DNA of 64,000 nucleotides from Pseudovirgaria hyperparasitica (Eukaryota): NCBI GenBank assembly GCA_010093815.1, contig ML996570.1; one strand, 5' to 3'. Shown piece by piece: positions 62,695 to 64,000 of this stretch (position 1 is its first letter; each line of letters starts with the position of its first letter). The notes under the pieces were generated by a model. It saw only the letters and a program-made list of their open reading frames with translations, ran no database searches and was not told where the DNA came from. The position numbers and the translations under genes were made by a program.

Positions 62695-64000
62695 TTACAC
62701 CTTCCCCACAGCCGCACTCTCAAGCCTCTCCGGACTACTCTCCACCCCATCCCCATGCCCATCCCCGCCCACCTTCCCCAACTTCTCCAACTTCGCCGCC
62801 GCCCTTCCACTATGCCCACCCTTGAGCCCAACCCCCGTCTTCCACGCCGGCACACCCTCAAGAAACATCTCCTCGACCTCCTCAAGCGGCTTGCCGGCCG
62901 TCTCGGGGAACAAAAAGAAAACATGCACAAACATCGCAACACAAAACACGCCAAAGACAAGATACGTCTTCCACTGAATATTCACAAACGCGGGCGGGAC
63001 AAAGTATCCAAGTGCGAAATTGAACGCCCAATTCGCGGACGTCGCGAGCGCAACTGCCTTGCCGCGGACGCGCAGGGGGAAGAGTTCGGGCGGGTAGATC
63101 CACGAGACGGGGCCCCAGGTAGGGGCAAAGGAGGCGACGAAGAGGTATGTGCATGCGATGACTGCTTTGGAGGGCGGGCCTGCGATTTGCCAGCTTGCTT
63201 CGGGGATGCCGTCTACGCCGCCTGGCGGGGCGGGGTGGCCGTAGGAGGCGAGGAGGCCCGCATTTGCGAATTGCCAGGTTGCCATTAGGAGGGCGCCGGC
63301 GAGGAGGACGGGGCGGCGGCCGAGGCGGTCGACGAAGAGGAGGGCGGGGATGGTCATGAGGACGTTGATGATGTATTGGATGGAGGAGGAGATGAGGAGG
63401 TTGTTGCCGGTTAGGCCGGCCATGGTGAAGACGTAGGTTATGTAGTCTGTGAGGGGGAGGGGGTGTTAGTTTGGGGGGAGGGAGGGGAAAGGGGGGAAAG
63501 ACGTACACATCATGACGTTCATGCCGGTGAGCTGCGACCAGATCTGGGTGAAGACGCCGATGTGGGTGCGGTTGAGCATGCCGGGCCGGAAGAGCTCCAT
63601 CCAGGAGACGTCTGCGTTCTGGCGCTCAAACTCGCAGTAGGCCTGGATCTCGGCGTATTCTTCCGCGACAAGCGAGCTGTGGGGATCGCCTTTGCCCAGC
63701 ACGAGGACGAGCACGCTCTTGCACTCTTCCCAGCGGTCCTTGCGGGCGAGCCAGCGCGGGGACTCGGGCAGGAAGAGCATGCCGACGAGGAGGATGACGG
63801 CGGGGATGGCCTGGAGGCCCCAGGGGATGCGGAAGGCGGCGTTGCCCTTGAGGAAGCTGCAGCCGTAGGAGATGTAGAACATGATGAGGATGCCCCAGGT
63901 GATGGCCCATTGCTGGGCGCCGACGAGGCGGCCTCGGAGTCGGGGCGGGCACAGCTCGGAGATGTAGACGGGGACTTGGGCGGAGCAGATGCCGACGCAG
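62695..64000 (-). CDS. MFS sugar porter (high-affinity glucose transporter-like), 5'-truncated by the window edge; intron 63447-63506
   Basis: PVYISEL, PESPRWL, QLTGMNVMMYY, DRLGRRP, WGPVSWIYPPELFP, PETAG motifs. Confidence 0.95.

Noticed and set aside
62452..63952. Several long overlapping ORFs
   Set aside because: Alternative-frame or antisense products of the GC-rich sugar transporter

Overview
Eukaryotic genomic DNA from a filamentous ascomycete (Pezizomycotina, plausibly Dothideomycetes; inferred from short GT-AG introns with CTRAC branch sites and from the gene families present). About 21 protein genes and one intron-containing tRNA-Gly(GCC) can be supported. Housekeeping genes: complex I 9.5-kDa subunit, DHHC palmitoyltransferase PFA3, MFAP1, OSTalpha/TMEM184 transporter, PQ-loop transporter, DNA polymerase delta catalytic subunit and a partial sugar transporter. 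Interspersed accessory-type genes: HET-domain protein, LaeA-like methyltransferase, P450, NADP alcohol dehydrogenase, an 8-Cys secreted protein, an atypical kinase and an O-methyltransferase/Zn2Cys6 pair. A ~9 kb block (about 36.7-45.8 kb) is a graveyard of decayed genes, including an APH-type phosphotransferase pseudogene, with two apparently intact divergent orphan genes in its middle. The best leads are that orphan pair, a secreted protein with an aerolysin-like amphipathic segment, a 79-aa Cys-rich micro-gene alone in an 8.7-kb gap, a tightly packed OMT-TF unit with a CGG-N10-CCG palindrome, and recurrent sharp C-rich to G-rich skew switches. No intact transposon, Starship captain, CRISPR array or secondary-metabolite backbone gene was seen. 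All homology calls come from motif recognition by eye, not from searches.
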